DNA from: Welwitschia mirabilis
Taxonomy: Eukaryota
Length of the DNA: 64,000 nt
Reading direction: 5' to 3'
Assembly: GCA_051453625.1 (NCBI GenBank)
Contig: JBOZIK010000001.1
Location: 36,798,763 to 36,862,762 of the forward strand
Within the stretch, counting starts at the first letter, position 1, and each line of letters begins with the position of its first letter. The position numbers and the translations under genes were made by a program. The notes beneath the pieces are model-generated. The model did no database searches, had not been told where the DNA came from, and saw nothing but the letters and a program-made list of their open reading frames with translations. This document shows positions 27,001-40,151 of this stretch, piece after piece.

Positions 27001-27018
27001 TCCCTGGTAATAGTGTCA
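27001..27018 (-). promoter_or_regulatory. Primer-binding site of element H (decayed tRNA-Asp type)
   Basis: Minus strand reads TGACACTATTACCAGGGA, 3 nt from the LTR end. Confidence 0.75.
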
Positions 27019-27021
27019 ATT

Positions 27022-28474
27022 TATTGGGGTGTAAATCATGTGTTCAAACTGATATTTCTTTTAAACGAGTCTTACAAATCTTTAATAAAACTCACACAAA
27101 ATTAACTTATATGTGGGAGTTAAACATGAATGTCATAATCTGCAGAGGAATTTTAAATAAGAGGAAAAAAGATTACTTTAAAGAACAAATTTTAAATAAA
27201 TTTCTATTCTTAAGTAAAATGCAATGTACTGGATGAATGTAGCATGAATGAAAAGTGTAAAAATAAATGTAATTCTAAATGCAATTTCTTACTGGAATAC
27301 CAACTTGTTGTTATCTAAGTTGGCCCTCATAACTTGTATAAATTACAAATAACCATCACTGAAAGTAATCAACATAATCTATAATGAAGATCCTATGAAA
27401 GAATATTGAAAAGAATAATTTAACCAATATATCTCTAATTGAAATCTACACATCTAATTACAAAGTAAGAACTCCTTCACAAAGGAAACATAGTCCAACA
27501 CTGAGTAATACCCTTCTCTACAATGATTACAAAACAATAGGCTTTTAATGAAGAAGACATAGCCCAACACTAAGAAACATCCTTCTCTACAACTAGTATG
27601 GATCCTTTGCTTAATCACTCTCTAATTTATCACAAGAATAATCAATGCAACCAAGATGAGTAAATGGTGGACCTAACATGGGTATTTATAGTATTCGAGA
27701 TGACTATTAGGATTGTTAAAGAGTCATAATAGATTAGAAGCTATCATAATAATGATCGGAAAATTAATGGAGTTTATTTTATATTCTTCAGATCTATTGT
27801 TTACTTGGGTGTCGTCCACATGACTAGGTGGATGACCAATAATATTTTATCTTCTTATGATTTCTTGTCTTTTACATGTCTTCTTTGTAATGGTTAACTC
27901 TTCATATTCTTCATTTCATCATGGATGTCATTTAGACAACCAGATGGATGACTACCAGTAGTAAAAATTATAAGTTCTATTTCTTTAAATCCTACTAATT
28001 ATCTTAAGTATCATCTGGATAACCAAGTGAATGACTGTTAGTAGAAATTGTTTCCTCTCTTTGTTAATGTTACTAGTCATTTGCTTAACTATTATTCAAA
28101 TGATTAAATAAATAATAGTTATTCTTTATTTTTTCTTACTTCCTCTGTCATGATTGGCTTCCAAAATGTGATATATGTGCTTCAATAACTGTCATCCTAG
28201 AGTGTCCTCTAGATGATGTAATGGATGATAAGTTTTTCTTTATCTTCTAATCTCTTGATCATCATCCATCATTCTATTCTAGGTCCATGATGTCCTGGAA
28301 AATTTAAAAAGATGAAATGTGTCAAAGAAAAAATCTCTTATCTCTAAATTTGGTGTTTTGTATGATTATCTTAATTGAGCCTCAGATTCTTCCTATTTAG
28401 CTTATAAACCTGCTAAAAATACCTGAAACATACTCTAAACATACTATTAAATAATATTAATTAAAATCATAACA
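27022..28474 (-). repeat. 5' LTR of element H (~1450 bp)
   Basis: The minus-strand start TGTTATGATTTTAATT resembles the B LTR start, and the end ACACCCCAATA resembles the B and E LTR ends. Minus-strand CTATAAATAC at 27682-27691; repeated GTCRTC...GATGAC motifs at 27810-28230. Confidence 0.8.
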
Positions 28475-29549
28475 ATAATTTTTAAATGAACAAGTGAATG
28501 ATGAATTTATATAAGTTAATTTAAAAAAAATTTAATGTAAACTCAACTGCTGGAAAAATAGGAGATGGAATAGAAAGCATCTCAGTTTAAAGAGAGTCTG
28601 TCTATGCAAGTTAAGGTCATAACATTAGTTAAGAAAGCCAATGAAACTATCTCTATTAAAAGTTACATCTCAAGCATTACATTTCAAAGCCTTAATTTTT
28701 AGTTTAAAATACAAATCAAATTGATAGAAATAGAAATTCATATTGACTTTACATTAAGTATAGAACTTATTATAATAAAAGAAAATGCAATTACTATATT
28801 ACTACAAAAATTAAAAAAGTGCAAGTGGGATAGGGTAAAAAAGTGAAAAAGTGAAATGAAATGGAGATGCCCCAAGAGAGAAGATAGCTATCAAAATTAC
28901 ATTCATACTTATAAGAAGTCTAAGAGTCAAGAAGATCCGATGAACATATCATATTCAGAAGTGAAATAGATGTGGAAATGAATAGATGGTAACATCAATA
29001 AGGAATAATAATGGTATCAATAAGATTATTATGCACAGGTAGATCATGATGACATAATAAGATGTGATGTAAAGGTTATGGAAAACTTTTTCGTGTGATC
29101 CAATAGGGCTTGAAATATCATAAACTGATAGAAGTGGGATAAAAGTTGAATAATAAAATCTTTGATTGTCAATAATAGTTTAGATTACATTTGTAAGGAT
29201 TTTAGTTTTTCAATAGAAAGCTCATCTAATATAAAAATAAAGTATGATTTTCAAGTGATTTGATAGCTTAAGTATGTTTTAGTAATTCACAATATATCTT
29301 TAGATAGGATTCATTTTGAAGGATAAGTCACATTGAGCCTTGATGTTAGTTCACTTCCCTACCTCTCTAGATGAAAGTTTCAAAAAAAATTCTTACTTCT
29401 CTCTTTTCTTCTTCCTTTAATTAGAATTACAAGACTAGTAAAAACATATGTAATTTCTATGAATTTCACTACAATTATCCCTATGAAAAAAATGATACTA
29501 GGTCCTTATCTAGTTTATTTTTGTTCATTGTACTACACATAAATAGAAT

Positions 29550-29708
29550 TTTAATGCTACTAATGAGGAAGAATCATTTTCCTCTTCCATTTTTTGATCA
29601 AATCTTAGAACAAGTGGTACATCCTTTTTACTACTTTTTATATGGGTATTCAAGGTACAACCAAATATAAATCACCTTCAAAAACTAAGATAAAACTACC
29701 TTTACTTG
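29550..29708 (+). pseudogene. RT fragment of element C, fused directly to its 5' LTR remnant
   Basis: Translates RKNHFPLPFFDQILEQVVHPFYYFLYGYSRYNQI*ITFKN*DKTTFTC. Confidence 0.9.
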
Positions 29709-31889
29709 TATAAGAATCCAAATTTCTCTATCATTTTCTTGGAATATGTATGTGTGTGCTTCTTACCACATTAAAGTATGAGCCACTGAAGGATGCTATC
29801 ACACATGCAAAGCAGTTATCTCTTTGTAATTAAATATTAAAATAAATATTCACCAACATATCTTAATGATCTCAGCTAGCATTTATCTATTTCCATATTT
29901 GGATTACTTTGATTATATTTTTAAGATATGCTAATGTGAAGTTTGAAGGAAGTAAGAAACCAATTATTATTGCATAGCCTGCATTTTAAGGCAATAGGGA
30001 AAAACGGGCATAGAGAAGGAGTTGATCAGCACTAGCTCCAAATCTCTTCCCAACCAAAGCTTAATAATTCATTACACTATTTTTGGGAAGGATGGTGATC
30101 TCTCTCTTTTTGGTCTTTTTTTTCTATTCTCATAATTTCATAGTCCTTGAAGATCTAATTCTTGATCTTGAGCATGTAACAACACTATCATGAGAATTAC
30201 CTCCTTCTCCTTAGGCTCTAAAAGATGTCTAAAGCTTTTTGCACTACATAAAACTAAATCTCTACATTATCCTAAGCTAATATCTCAAGCTATGAATGGA
30301 AAAAGTGATTAAAGAAGATTGGAATGAGTTGTATAGCTAGAGAGAGCTAAAATAATGAAAAGTACTCTTATTTTATGCAAATACATTATCATCATCACAT
30401 GATTAGGGTATCTTGTTGTTTTGGAGTCACGAAAGGCTATTTCATTTGCTATGCACTAGTTTTTTTAATGCAACATAATCTTGATGCTCAAATGACTTCA
30501 TTCTAGAAATCTTTTGGTAATCAATGCTTAGTTAAGTAATTATTCCATTGACATTTTAGGAATTTCTTCTCATTTTCTTCATTTACATTTTGTATCTTCG
30601 TTTGTGCTATAATAATGATGATAACAGTGCTAGTTAAGTCACAGATGTAAATGCAAAGTGGATGAAAGATAAAATGGTACTTTCAGGCTTAAATGTTGTC
30701 TGTGTATATAGACTATCATCTTGGAACCATCAAACATGGATGGAATTACATTAGATGAGGCATTTAGGATAGGTGAAGTGTCAGCTTTATGCATGCATTT
30801 TTTGTCTAGTAGTAATGACGAGGGCCATTAAAACTCTAAAAACTTGAATTCTTTTTAATGATATGAAGACTCCATGTTGCCTGCTTCTTTATAGTTATCG
30901 AGAACCATAATGTGGTGATGTATCATCATCAAGTGTTGTAGTAAAAGCACTTTGAATGACTGGTAACCCTTGAGCCTTGCCTTTTATTGGATATTTTATT
31001 TTTCTTCTTATTGATTATTCATGTCCATAGCATAGCTTTAAATTAATTTTCTAAGACTTCTATTTCCAATTATTTATTTTTTGTGTCTCCCATTGCCTCT
31101 TATTTTATGCATCCATTTGTTTGTATATTTTACCATGATGCATTGGATTTAGTGTAATTAGATTGCATTCTACAGGCTTGGAAATTTGAGAAGAATAGTT
31201 CTCTCTAACGATGTTGCCCTTGTTAAAGAATTTTCATAACATTTGATGATTATTAAAAAGAATACTTATTTGGTGTAATGCATGAAATCTCAAATAAATG
31301 TATGTATTATTAGGATGATGTGATACTTACACCTTCTAGCATTTCATTCATTATAATTAAAATCAATAAGTAATTCATGAAAGTGAGAACTCTTGAACTA
31401 TTAAGTTTTATTACAATGAATAAACTCATAACATTTATTTTAGGACTATCAACTCCTAATTGATGATATTATAATGTTTAATTATAGAAATTAAATATAA
31501 AATAAAATAAATACATATAAAGTTAATTATATTGATAAGGATATGATTAAATAAATAGATAGATTATATAAGTATAAGCATATATAATTAGGATAAGTGA
31601 ATGAATAATGATGGTTGTATAAGAATAGATTATAATAGAGATTAAATTATGATATTAGAGACTTATCATCCTTTCTATACTATATATAAATATTTTTTAC
31701 TTTCCTATATATGTCCCTTATTATTTTACACTATTATTACTTAATACATTTTAGACATCTATCTACTATTTTTATCTATATGCATTATTATATTATAGAC
31801 TTTTCTCTTTATGCTATCTTTTTATTTATTAATATTATATTATTATACCACATTCATATGTATTATTTTACATAATACATATTTATAAT

Positions 31890-32115
31890 ACTAGATTATA
31901 TCATATCATATCATATTATGTTATAATATAACATTATAATACATTAAGTTATATTATAATATATTATACAATATTATATTATATTAAAATACATTATATT
32001 ATATCATATTATATCATAACATACTATATTATATTGCATGTATATTGTATTATATTAGACATATATTATATGATATATTATATTATAATATATTATATTG
32101 CATAAATATTATATT
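31890..32115. repeat. Degenerate (ATATT)n / (ATATC)n low-complexity tract within an extremely AT-rich block (31480-32120)
   Basis: Visible 5-bp periodicity, e.g. TCATATCATATCATATTAT and ATTATATTATA. Confidence 0.85.
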
Positions 32116-34020
32116 ACCATCTTATGTGCATAATATTCAAGTATACTGTAAAGGGTAACCATGTTTAATTATTACCTTAAAGTGTATTAAAGACAAGAAG
32201 GATGGCAAACCCAACATTCCAGTATTTTTACCTTTCCTTTAAGGTACAATTACCATGATCTTCTAAATGAAGGAAGAGTACCCATTTGTTAGACTACCAC
32301 ATTATTCACATTTTCATGCTTAAACATATTTTATTATTAAGGGTACATTAATGTTAGGAATAGATACATGAAGAAATAAGTATGATAGATGAAATAATAA
32401 GAGGATTAATTAGAGCTTTTGAAGGCTAAGTTTTGTTTATTATTAGAAGAGCAAATATCCTAGAAATAAAAATGATACCTTTTGTTTGTTATAAACCTTT
32501 TATGTTCAAGTTTTATAGGAATTATTATTTAGTATAACCATTCCTAAGATAATGATGTTTATAAAAATAAAGTGTTTAGATAATATTAAAAACTCATCTT
32601 TCACTCCTTAGATAATGTTGTTATTATAATTATTCCAACAGAATGCTTTTATATACTTAGTTGTTTAATAATTAATTTATATGAATGTTAGATGTTATTG
32701 GATGTATTGCCTTATAATCATGTTTCTTCTAGTATGATTTAATGTAGTTATAATATTCATAGTATAGTTATAAAATGATGTAGATTTAAGCACAATCTTC
32801 AATGATCATGATTTCTTCTAATATACCTTAATGTTTTCTAGGTATGTATTGTTAAATGTAATTTCTTACATGTTTATGCATATGAATTAAATGTTTTAAG
32901 TAGTTATTTATTATCTTACACATAAAATATATAATATCAGTAGTTTTTTTTAATGCTCATTGAAATAATTTGATATTCAATTAGCTCTCTTTACCTTTTA
33001 ACTTCTATCATACTAAGTTTTGTCAAGACTAGTGACTTAATCAGTGGCATACAGGCTATTTCTTTTGGTATTTTATACATTTTATATTTATATATTGGTA
33101 GATTTAATATGTTGTGTTATAAAAGTATCATCTATGAGGTACCCTGCCAAAATGGCATGCGTGTATGTGTGTATGTATACATGTAGGTGTTAATCATATT
33201 TTTGCATGTGTTTACTATAATGACATTCTATTATGATACTTCCCTCCCATTGGCTCTCACCAAGTTTCTAGTAAGATATGAGGGGTCTTTTATGCTTGAT
33301 GATGGAGGTTACTAATGGATATTCTGATCAAGTAATCAAGGGCTTCACTATATATATACAAATGAGTAGCTATATATCTAATTTATATTAATATACATGT
33401 GTATTTTCATCATTTATACATTAGAATTTCTTAATAAGATTGGACATTATAACCCAAAAAGTTCTTAACTGGATGCCTCTTATACTTTTACATATCACTA
33501 CTATGCATATGTACATATTTTTATGTGTGATATTTATTGATGGTAGTTTGAATATTGAGTTCTTGCATTATTCTTTATGTTCTTTCATGCCTAAGATTAT
33601 TACATTTCACTAATACAGATTACTTTAATCTATCTTATGCTCATGTGTATTAGTAAAGATTAAAATGATGTCCAAGATAGAACTACATGTGGTCTAAACT
33701 CCTCTAGATGAGGATTACCTATGCATGGTTACTTGGCTATTGGTGTAACCAACTAGCTAATCACAACCTAAATACTTCTTTTATGTGCTCATAAGTAATA
33801 TTTTCAATGAACTTTAAGCTTGGTTAGGGTATTAGTTAAGTGAGCTTTCATTACATATTTCACTTGATGTGAATCTTATGGGTAACTGAGAGCTAATTAT
33901 CTTAGTTACAACTAATCAATCTACTATGATGTTTAATCAATGTAATATAATTTACTTGTAAAAAATCATTCTTTTAAGTTCAATCCAAAAACTAGGTCAT
34001 TACAACTTACCTGTTAGTTT

Positions 34021-35608
34021 TAAATATTATTAAACTTAGAGGGGAGGAGTGAATGAGTTTTGTCAAATGAAAATTTAAACTCATAGTAGAAATGAAAATG
34101 CAAAAAAAATACAATGCTAAGATAATGTGGTTCTTCAACTTGGATATGTCCACACATATAGGATAGCTTCATCTCACACCTCTTGATATTCTTAACTTAT
34201 AAGAAAATAGTAGTTTTTTTATGCACCATCAATGCTACAACAAATGAGAGTCTTCTTGTAAGGTATTACTCTCTCCCCTACAAGGAAATAGTGATTTTCA
34301 CAAGTGCATCATAAACCTTACAATAATGAAAGTCTTCTTGCAAGGAAGCACTTTCTCCTCAGTGAGGGAATAATAGTTTTCTGGCTCACCAATAACCTTA
34401 TAATAAATAATTGCTTACAAGGATAACCTCAAATGCACACTCATATAAGAGTTGCCTTACAATGTATTTGATAATCAAGAATGGACTTACAATAATATTC
34501 AATAATAAGACAGTCCAATAATGTAGAATAAAAAATACAATACAACAGTAAGCTTGAAGATATAGCTTTGATGAAGATTTGAAATTCTTGATGTTGTTGT
34601 TATCCTCACAAGTATAAATGAAGAATTTAATAATAAAGATCTAAGAATGAATGGTGAAATAAATGTAAGTTCCTTTGCGAATAATCCATTTAATTCTTCA
34701 TAAGAAGTTTCTTTTACTCATGTATTCTTTATTCTTGATCTAATCACTATAAATCAAGATTTAAAAGATGAATCTTCATTGATGCTCCAAGACTTTTTAC
34801 AATGGTTCATGTCATCGAGGCTTTATACAATCAAAGAAGATCTAGTCATTTTAGCTTGAAAGATAGTTGTTTGACTTTATAGTTTCCATACAATGGATAT
34901 GAAATGTCTAATCATTGGATGTGTAACTTTAGTTTTTATTAATGTGAATTTTCTTTTGAAAAATCTTCAACCTTGAAAACGTTTAGGAATAGGGTGTTAT
35001 GAAGCACACTCAGAACAGCCTCATCAACTTGGGTAGGGATAGAACGAGGTGTTTTATTAGTCTTATCATATATGTCTACTATTAAGACTTCTTCACTTTT
35101 ATAGATGTTTTTATTCAACTAGTATAAAATTTGATGAAATTTACTTTGTAGTATTATTGGGCCTTCGTAATTATGAATTTGTAATGTACAAGTTATTAGC
35201 TTATCTAAAACATAAGATATTAATCAAAATCTAAATTGACTATATTACCTATTTTAGCTTAGTATAGATGTCTTTAACAATGTAGACATTTTCATTTCTA
35301 TCAGGTTTAACTTTTAGCAAAGTTGTATTAAATGAGGTAGTCATCTTTTAGCCTGTGACTTGAATTCTGGGATGTACCAGACATCTTCAATTTCCTAGAT
35401 GTCTTTACCAAATACATCTTCAATTTTCTAAATGTTTTCAAATAATTTATTTTTGTTTTCAATAATTGATCCTTTCCATGAGGTTTTATCTTTAAAGATC
35501 TATCATGGTCTAAGACCTATTAATGTCTAATGTTCTTGGTATTAACCTGTCTACATAATGACATAAAATATTTGATAAGTGGAATCATCAAAACTAGATT
35601 TACCAATA
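34021..35608 (-). mobile_element. Ty1/copia SIRE-like solo LTR (~1.6 kb)
   Basis: Minus strand begins TATTGGTAAATCTAGTTTTGATGAT and ends with ATTCACTCCTCCCCTCT (cf. Sirevirus U5 ATTCACCCCCCTCT). Repeated AGATGTCT/AGACATCT motifs at 35060-35420; flanks AGTTT/ATTTT. Confidence 0.65.
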
Positions 35609-35720
35609 ATTTTATACAACACCCCTGCCATGTTTTAACTCTAGATTTATGTGTTAAAATATTTATGAATTATTTCTCTGTCTATGAGGTCTCTTTTGAC
35701 CATTATCTTCATAATGTATA

Positions 35721-37790
35721 ACTTGTCCTTACGGTATGCATAGAAAAATGTCTTGTGTTAAACTACAAAAAGTGTAATTTCATGGTCAAAAAAGGCATAG
35801 TATTAAGACATAATATTTTTTTAAAAAAACCAATTCAAGTAAAACCTACAAAAATCTCATTCATCATGCACTTGTCCACTCCTTCAAAATAGAAATTCAT
35901 TAGATACTTTTAGAACATACATGATATCATAGAAGGTTTATTAAGAACTCTAGAAAAATTTCTAAACAACTTTATAACCTCCTAAGTGAAGGTGACTCTT
36001 TTAACTAGACCCATAAGTATTAACATGCTTTTGATGAACTTAAGGAAAAACTTACCTTCACTCTTATCGTTCAACCACCTAATTAGAAGTTGTCCCTTAA
36101 CATTACATATGACATTAATGATTATGTGATTGAAGCTATGTTAAGATCAAGAATAGATTAAAAACCAACTATAATCTATTATGTAAGTAAAACTTTAAGA
36201 AACACTTAACTGAATTACACTATCACTAAAAAATGTCTTCTTACCATAGTTTTTGCTTTGGAAAAATTGATGTAATACCTTTAGATTTTAAATTAATTAT
36301 CTACATAGACCATTCAAACCTTAGGTACCTATTTACTAAAAAGGATTCAAAGCCTACATTAATTAAATAAATCCTACTTTTATAGGAGTTTTATTTACAA
36401 ATTAAAAATAAGAAAGGCTTTGATAATGTTATTATAGACTATATAATGTTATTATAAACTATATTTCATGAATAACTCAAGAACTCTTGCAATAATCTCT
36501 TTTCATCAATGAAACCTTTTCTGATAAGTACCTCTTCTTAGTTTCAAACATATCTTGGTTTATCAATATTGTAAATTATTTTTTTTTCAAGGATATTCCC
36601 TCTCACTAGATCTTTAATGATGGAAACAAATTATTGAGTTAGGTTAAATACTTCTTTTAGTATAAACCTTCTCTATTTAAGTATTACCTATGTTAGGTCA
36701 TCCATAAATGTTTTTGTTAATCTAAAATTCATTGCATTCTTAACTGTTGTAATTTTGAGGTTTATGATGGCCATTAATATGCTAATAAAAAACCACAAAA
36801 ATTCTTCAATTTAATTTTTAGTGGCTATCTATTTTTAAAGATTCCTATCTCTATTATAAAGCTTGTGAAATGTCTAAAACTTTAGTATCCTTTTACAATA
36901 TCATATGATGTCTTTAAACCCCATTCTTATTGTAGAACCTTTTGATATTTTAATTATTAACTTTCAAGGCCCATATCCTTCTTTAACTGAACATCATTAC
37001 ATTCTTATATATATTGATTACATTACTAAATGGGTGGATGCATCTGCCTATAGATCTAATGATGCCCAAACCATGATGAAATTCTTAAAAAAAAAAAAAC
37101 ATTTCACTAAGATTTGATCATCCTTAAGATTTGATTAGTAATAGAGGAACTTATTTTTTAATAGAATATTTAACAATCTTCTTTATAAGTATGGGGTAAA
37201 TCATAAAGTTGCAATGCCTTACCATCTTTAAACTAGTGATCAAGTTGAGATTATCAATTAAAAAATTAAGAACAATTCACAAAAGGTAGTAAATTCAACT
37301 ATGAAAGATTGGTTGTTTAAGTTTAATAACATTTTATTGACCTATCAAATAACTTATAAGACATCATTAAGAATGTCTCTGTTTAGGTCATTTTATGGAA
37401 GATCTTGTCATCTACTTGTTGAACTAAAAAACAAGGCATATTGAGCAATTAAAAATAGAAACTTAGATCTTAATATAGCAAGGAAGAAAAGGGCTATACA
37501 ATCTAATGAGCTAGATGAAATAAAAAATAATGCTTAAAAAAACATGAAAATCGACAAGAAAAGAATGAAGAAATTACATGATGAAAACATCCTTAGATAA
37601 AAAAAATTCAAGAAGCAGAACTAGTTTTACTCTATAGCTCATGATTACCTTTATTCCTAGGAAAACTAGTTTCTAAGTGGAAAGGCCTATATCTAATTAA
37701 AAACCTTTTGTTGAATGGTGTATTTCTCATTAAAAAAACACTAAAAATTAATAAGAATTCAAAATCAATGGTTGTCACCTTAAACATTAT
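35721..37790 (+). pseudogene. RT C-terminus, RNase H and integrase of element C; RT catalytic core deleted
   Basis: TCPYG is joined directly to CIEKCLVLNYKKCNFMVKKGIVLRH. Further motifs: IYYVSKTL, LNYTITKK, LIVEPFDILIINFQGPYP, IDYITKWVDA, AMPYHL*TSDQVE, KWKGLY and KINGCHLKHY. Confidence 0.92.
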
Positions 37791-40151
37791 CATTGACTTA
37801 TTCCATTGACTTATAAATTCATAAGAATTATAAACCTAGATTAATGGCCTTTAATAAAAAATAATAGTAGGTGATATTGCCATTATTTTAAGTAATGGTT
37901 ATGATTAAGTACACTCATTAAGGAAAAGTTAAAGTTCTTTTGAGTTTATTTGTTAAAGTCACATTCACTTAAGATCTTTGATTTTAATAAAACATGGATG
38001 AAAAAGATGAAATCTACCTTTATATTATGTTTCTTATCTTTGAAGATTTTGATGAAGACAAGATTTTTCTTAATTGCTAATAAGCCAATAACCCATTTTA
38101 TGTGCATAAAAAAGGAATATGAGAAGAAGGATAAAAATAAAAATAATATCTCTTCTTCAAACATACATTAATTAATTACTTAATTAGGTTTAGTTAACTA
38201 TATTAGGGCTATGAAGGCTCACTGGCAATGTAGCTCTAACGATCTACTTATAACATAATCAACTATGTGAGCCTATAAATGCTAACTAGTAAAGCAATAC
38301 TAATCTTTTTCACAAAATACTATGTTTAATTCTATTAGAAGAAAATGTTATGACACTAGATACTCAATATGATTCAAATTCTTAAAACAAATGACATACA
38401 TGTTGGTAGAAAAGAAACATAAAGAAAAGAAAAAGATGGGAACTGAAGTCCTTTTAAGTTCTATTATCCAGTGATTAAAAAGGAGGCGATTAGTAGCCTT
38501 ATGGACGACTAGTAGCCTCGACTTAATGAAATTGACTTTTTTTGAGTCTTGCCAACTTTTTCTACCGATTAAAAGGCAACTACTATCCAACTTTTTTTGA
38601 TGACTTTTGCTAACGTTTTGGCAATTTTATACCCAAAAGTNNNNNNNNNNNNNNNNNNNNNNNNNNNNNNNNNNNNNNNNNNNNNNNNNNNNNNNNNNNN
38701 NNNNNNNNNNNNNNNNNNNNNNNNNNNNNNNNNNNNNNNNNNNNNNNNNNNNNNNNNNNNNNNNNNNNNNNNNNNNNNNNNNNNNNNNNNNNNNNNNNNN
38801 NNNNNNNNNNNNNNNNNNNNNNNNNNNNNNNNNNNNNNNNNNNNNNNNNNNNNNNNNNNNNNNNNNNNNNNNNNNNNNNNNNNNNNNNNNNNNNNNNNNN
38901 NNNNNNNNNNNNNNNNNNNNNNNNNNNNNNNNNNNNNNNNNNNNNNNNNNNNNNNNNNNNNNNNNNNNNNNNNNNNNNNNNNNNNNNNNNNNNNNNNNNN
39001 NNNNNNNNNNNNNNNNNNNNNNNNNNNNNAAAAAAATCCCAGATCTACATGGTAGATCCAAGTTGAAAATTTTTACTTTGATCTTATTTAAAAAATCATC
39101 GTTTTTATTATTATTGTTTTATTGACATAATTTAATTTTTTACATATTATTATACTTTGATTTGTATGTTTTAATGAAATTTTGAATTTAGTTTTTTGGA
39201 AAAACTATCTTTTATTTGTCTTATACTTCTATTGGTGTTCTTTCATAATTTTGTATGTTGGAAAAATGAGCACAAAGAAGCATTTCACATCTTTTAATCA
39301 TATTATTCTAGTGTACAATGTGTTCTAATGACATTTATAATTGTTAAAATTGTCATATTTGAAAAACATGATTTCTGATTTTATTTCATTACCAACTTTT
39401 TTGGCTGACACTTTGCTGATTAATCTCCGACTCACCGACACGACTTTCATTTTTGAGGTTGCCAACTTTTTAGTTTTGTCGACTTTTTAAATACTGCTAT
39501 TATCTTTAACTTTTATATTTAAGATTTGCTATGATTTTTTAAATTCAAATAAGTTATTTGATCAATATTATTTTACTTAATATTAAGATCAATTAAAAAT
39601 TACAAAAATATAACAAAGGTTATGGACTTAGGTAGGTTATCTCTTTTATTCATTGGTTGCGTGGTTGAGTTCTTTGTCATATTTTTATTTTTCATCTTCA
39701 TCACCCATTCCACTTCATCTCTATTTAATGAGAAATAACATCATAAGAAATAAACCATTTATGTGGACTAACTTTTCAATTATCATTTTCAAGAAGAAAT
39801 AAAAGATAGTCATCTCACATTAGATAATTTTTCTTTATCATAGCCTAGTAACATTATTTTCAATAAAAGGGCTTATCAAAATTTTCTAAGGAGTTTTTTT
39901 CTTCAAAATGATATTAATACTCTCTATCATAAAACTTTCAAGACAAAGTTTAGTTTTGATTAAGAAGTATGAAATTCATGTTACAAAATTTTTAAATTTT
40001 AATGCCTTAATTTAAGGACTTTGTCATAATTTTTTCAAAAAGATATATCATTTTCCACACTTGAGTATTATTCCTTATACAATTTTTTAATGTTCATCAT
40101 TTTGTTATTAACATTTTGCTAAGATTCTAGCAAAAGTTAAGTTAGGAGATG

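Larger units (their letters stand above)
1..28474 (-). mobile_element. Element H: degenerate Athila-type Ty3/gypsy LTR retrotransposon hosting elements A and B; its 3' half lies left of the window
   Basis: On the minus strand the order is 5' LTR (28474-27022), PBS (27018-27001), gag (~26050-24499 and 13904-13300), protease (~13180-12780), RT (12250-11992 and 80-1). The reading frame rejoins across both nested insertions once one TSD copy is removed. Confidence 0.88.
29709..35720. mobile_element. 6-kb non-coding insertion in the RT of C, probably a long solo LTR or non-autonomous element
   Basis: Flanked by a perfect ACTTG duplication (29704-29708, 35721-35725); removing it restores TTT ACT TGT CCT TAC GGT (FTCPYG). 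Termini TATAAGAATCC...TGTATA are compatible with decayed TG...CA. No pol domain seen. Confidence 0.72.

Noticed and set aside
28475..29260. Assignment of this segment to element C or H
   Set aside because: It lies outside H's LTR end and does not align to C's LTR. It loosely resembles an inverted Athila 3' region but cannot be supported by eye.
38597..39125. ORFs spanning the N gap (likewise 51844-52348 and 16209-16415)
   Set aside because: They are open only because N codons hide stops.
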